In this document: positions 44,294-45,667 of the stretch, one piece after another | Numbering within the stretch: the first letter of the stretch is position 1 | Layout of the letters: each line of letters starts with the position of its first letter | NCBI GenBank assembly: GCA_050699655.1 | Contig: JBOHFJ010000001.1 | Coordinates: forward strand, 1-45,667 | Length of the DNA stretch: 45,667 nucleotides | Source of the DNA: Pseudonocardiaceae bacterium | Lineage (GTDB): Bacteria > Actinomycetota > Actinomycetes > Mycobacteriales > Pseudonocardiaceae | Direction: 5' to 3' | Notes under the pieces: generated by a model | What the model was told of the DNA's origin: nothing | The model's input: the letters and a program-made list of their open reading frames with translations, nothing else | Databases searched by the model: none | Position numbers and translations under genes: made by a program

Positions 44294-44332
44294 GACGGGG
44301 ACCCGCCGGTCAGGGGGCGGCGGGTCCCCGTC
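44294..44332. terminator. Bidirectional GC-rich hairpin between convergent genes
   Basis: GACGGGGACCCGCCG-(9 nt)-CGGCGGGTCCCCGTC gives a perfect 15-bp stem. It lies between the ligase stub stop (44287) and the recG stop (44352). Confidence 0.6.
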
Positions 44333-44351
44333 ATACCTTCGGAAGAAACTG

Positions 44352-45667
44352 TCACACCTTCTGGAGAAACTGGGCGTGCTGCTCGTCCAGCAGGTCAGCG
44401 GCTAGCCGGACCAGCCCGGGGTGGGCTCTGAGCTCGGGATCGGCCTGGACCAGCCGCTGGGCGGTCTCCCGCGCCTGGCCGATGAGGTCCACATCACCCA
44501 GCAGCGAGAGCAGCTTGAGCCCGGACCGGCGGCCGGACTGCACCGCGCCGAGCACGTCTCCCTCGCGGCGCAGCTCCAAGTCCCGCTGAGCCAGCTCGAA
44601 CCCGTCGGTGGTGGCGGCCACGGCGTCCAGCCGCTCCCGGGCGGCGCTGCCCGCCGGAAAGTCGGTCACCAGCAGGCACAGTCCGGGATTCGCACCCCGG
44701 CCGACCCGACCGCGCAGCTGATGCAGCTGGCTGACCCCGAACCGCTGCGCGTCCATGATCACCATGACGGTGGCGTTGGGCACGTCCACCCCGACCTCGA
44801 TGACGGTGGTGGCCACCAGCACATCGATTTCGCCCGCAGCGAAAGACCGCATCACGGCGTCCTTGTCGCCGCCCGGCAGGCGGCCGTGCAACACCCCCAG
44901 CCGCAGCCCGGCCAGCGGGCCTTCGTCGAGTTGCGGCACTAGGTCGAGCACCGCTAGCGGCGGGCGCTCGCCATCCTCGCTGGCGGTGACAGCGTCCTCG
45001 CCGGCCGCGTCCGCGCCGCCGATGCGCGGGCAGACCACGTAGGCCTGCCGGCCAGCGGCGACCTCCTCGGTGATCCGCCGCCACACCCGGTCCAGCCAGC
45101 TAGGTTTCTCCCCGACCGGCACCACCGTGGTCGAGATCGGTGACCGGCCGCTCGGGAGCTCGCGCAGCGCGGAGATCTCCAGGTCGCCGTAGACGGTCAT
45201 CGCGACGGTGCGCGGGATCGGCGTCGCGGTCATCACCAGCACGTGCGGGCTGGTACCCTCGGCCGCCCTGGCGCGCAGCGCGTCGCGCTGTTCAACGCCG
45301 AAGCGGTGCTGCTCATCGACCACCACCAGCCCCAGGTCGGCGAAGGACACCCGGTCCTGGATCAGGGCATGCGTGCCGATCACGATCCCGGCCGCGCCGC
45401 TGGCCGCGTCCAGCAGCGCCTGCTTGCGGGCCCGGGCCGGCAGCGAACCGGTGAGCAGCACGATCCGGGTGGCCTGCTCGGCGCAGCCCAGCTCACCGGC
45501 TCGGCCGTGCGCACCCAGCATGTCCCGCAGGGACCGGGCGTGCTGCGCGGCGAGCACCTCGGTAGGCGCCAGCAGCACCGCTTGTCGCCCCGCGTCGAGA
45601 ACCTGCAGCATCGCGCGCAGCGCCACCACGGTCTTGCCGGACCCGACCTCACCCTGCAGCAACCGGT
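44352..45667 (-). CDS. recG: ATP-dependent DNA helicase RecG (C-terminal helicase part; the N-terminus lies beyond the window edge)
   Basis: GSGKTVVAL (motif I), VVDEQHRFGV (DEQH), MTATPIPRT, and QLHQLRGRVGRG (motif VI). The ORF stays open to position 45667. Confidence 0.93.
   Translation of the reverse strand, partial: RLLQGEVGSGKTVVALRAMLQVLDAGRQAVLLAPTEVLAAQHARSLRDMLGAHGRAGELGCAEQATRIVLLTGSLPARARKQALLDAASGAAGIVIGTHALIQDRVSFADLGLVVVDEQHRFGVEQRDALRARAAEGTSPHVLVMTATPIPRTVAMTVYGDLEISALRELPSGRSPISTTVVPVGEKPSWLDRVWRRITEEVAAGRQAYVVCPRIGGADAAGEDAVTASEDGERPPLAVLDLVPQLDEGPLAGLRLGVLHGRLPGGDKDAVMRSFAAGEIDVLVATTVIEVGVDVPNATVMVIMDAQRFGVSQLHQLRGRVGRGANPGLCLLVTDFPAGSAARERLDAVAATTDGFELAQRDLELRREGDVLGAVQSGRRSGLKLLSLLGDVDLIGQARETAQRLVQADPELRAHPGLVRLAADLLDEQHAQFLQKV

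Noticed and set aside
1-45667. A search for CRISPR arrays, rRNA/tRNA genes, IS elements, integrases and long inverted repeats
   Set aside because: I saw no regularly spaced repeats, transposase or integrase motifs, or tRNA-like structures by eye. The only repeats found are the ones listed (11-nt, 12-nt and 21-nt tandems and the SARP duplication). A tRNAscan/ISfinder run would be needed to be certain.

Overview
This is a high-GC actinobacterial chromosomal window. I saw no rRNA, tRNA, CRISPR array, transposase or integrase. A conserved minus-strand housekeeping backbone runs through it: mutM/fpg, rnc, rpmF, DUF177/yceD-like, a DivIVA-like coiled-coil protein, coaD, rsmD, then pyc, then recG. 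Three accessory blocks interrupt that backbone. (i) 1-5302 holds a visibly lower-GC orphan two-gene cassette next to a decaying defence-like module. That module is a frameshifted AAA_21/ABC-type ATPase, a 5'-damaged DUF4276-like gene and a BrxC-like Walker-A stub. (ii) 9810-25671 lies between rsmD and pyc and has three parts. The first is a class I FxLD-type lanthipeptide cluster: lanA, lanB, lanC, a PIMT-like O-methyltransferase, an extra stand-alone Lant_dehydr_C protein and a frameshifted APH-like kinase. The second is a regulator block with three DUF6879 paralogues and two HTH regulators. The third is a graspetide cluster: precursor, ATP-grasp ligase and a second PIMT-like O-methyltransferase. 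(iii) 30797-44287 lies between pyc and recG. It holds one 2715-aa dimodular NRPS, (C-remnant)-A-T-C-A(MT)-T-R, bracketed by two directly repeated SARP paralogues that share a 163-nt identical tract, followed by an AMP-ligase gene stub. The points most worth follow-up are: the two neighbouring RiPP pathways that each carry their own isoaspartyl-methyltransferase homologue; the uncharacterised low-GC cassette; the triplicated DUF6879/HTH block with a shared promoter-like motif that also precedes the graspetide operon; and the SARP-flanked NRPS. All functional calls come from motifs read by eye in the ORF translations. No database search was run.
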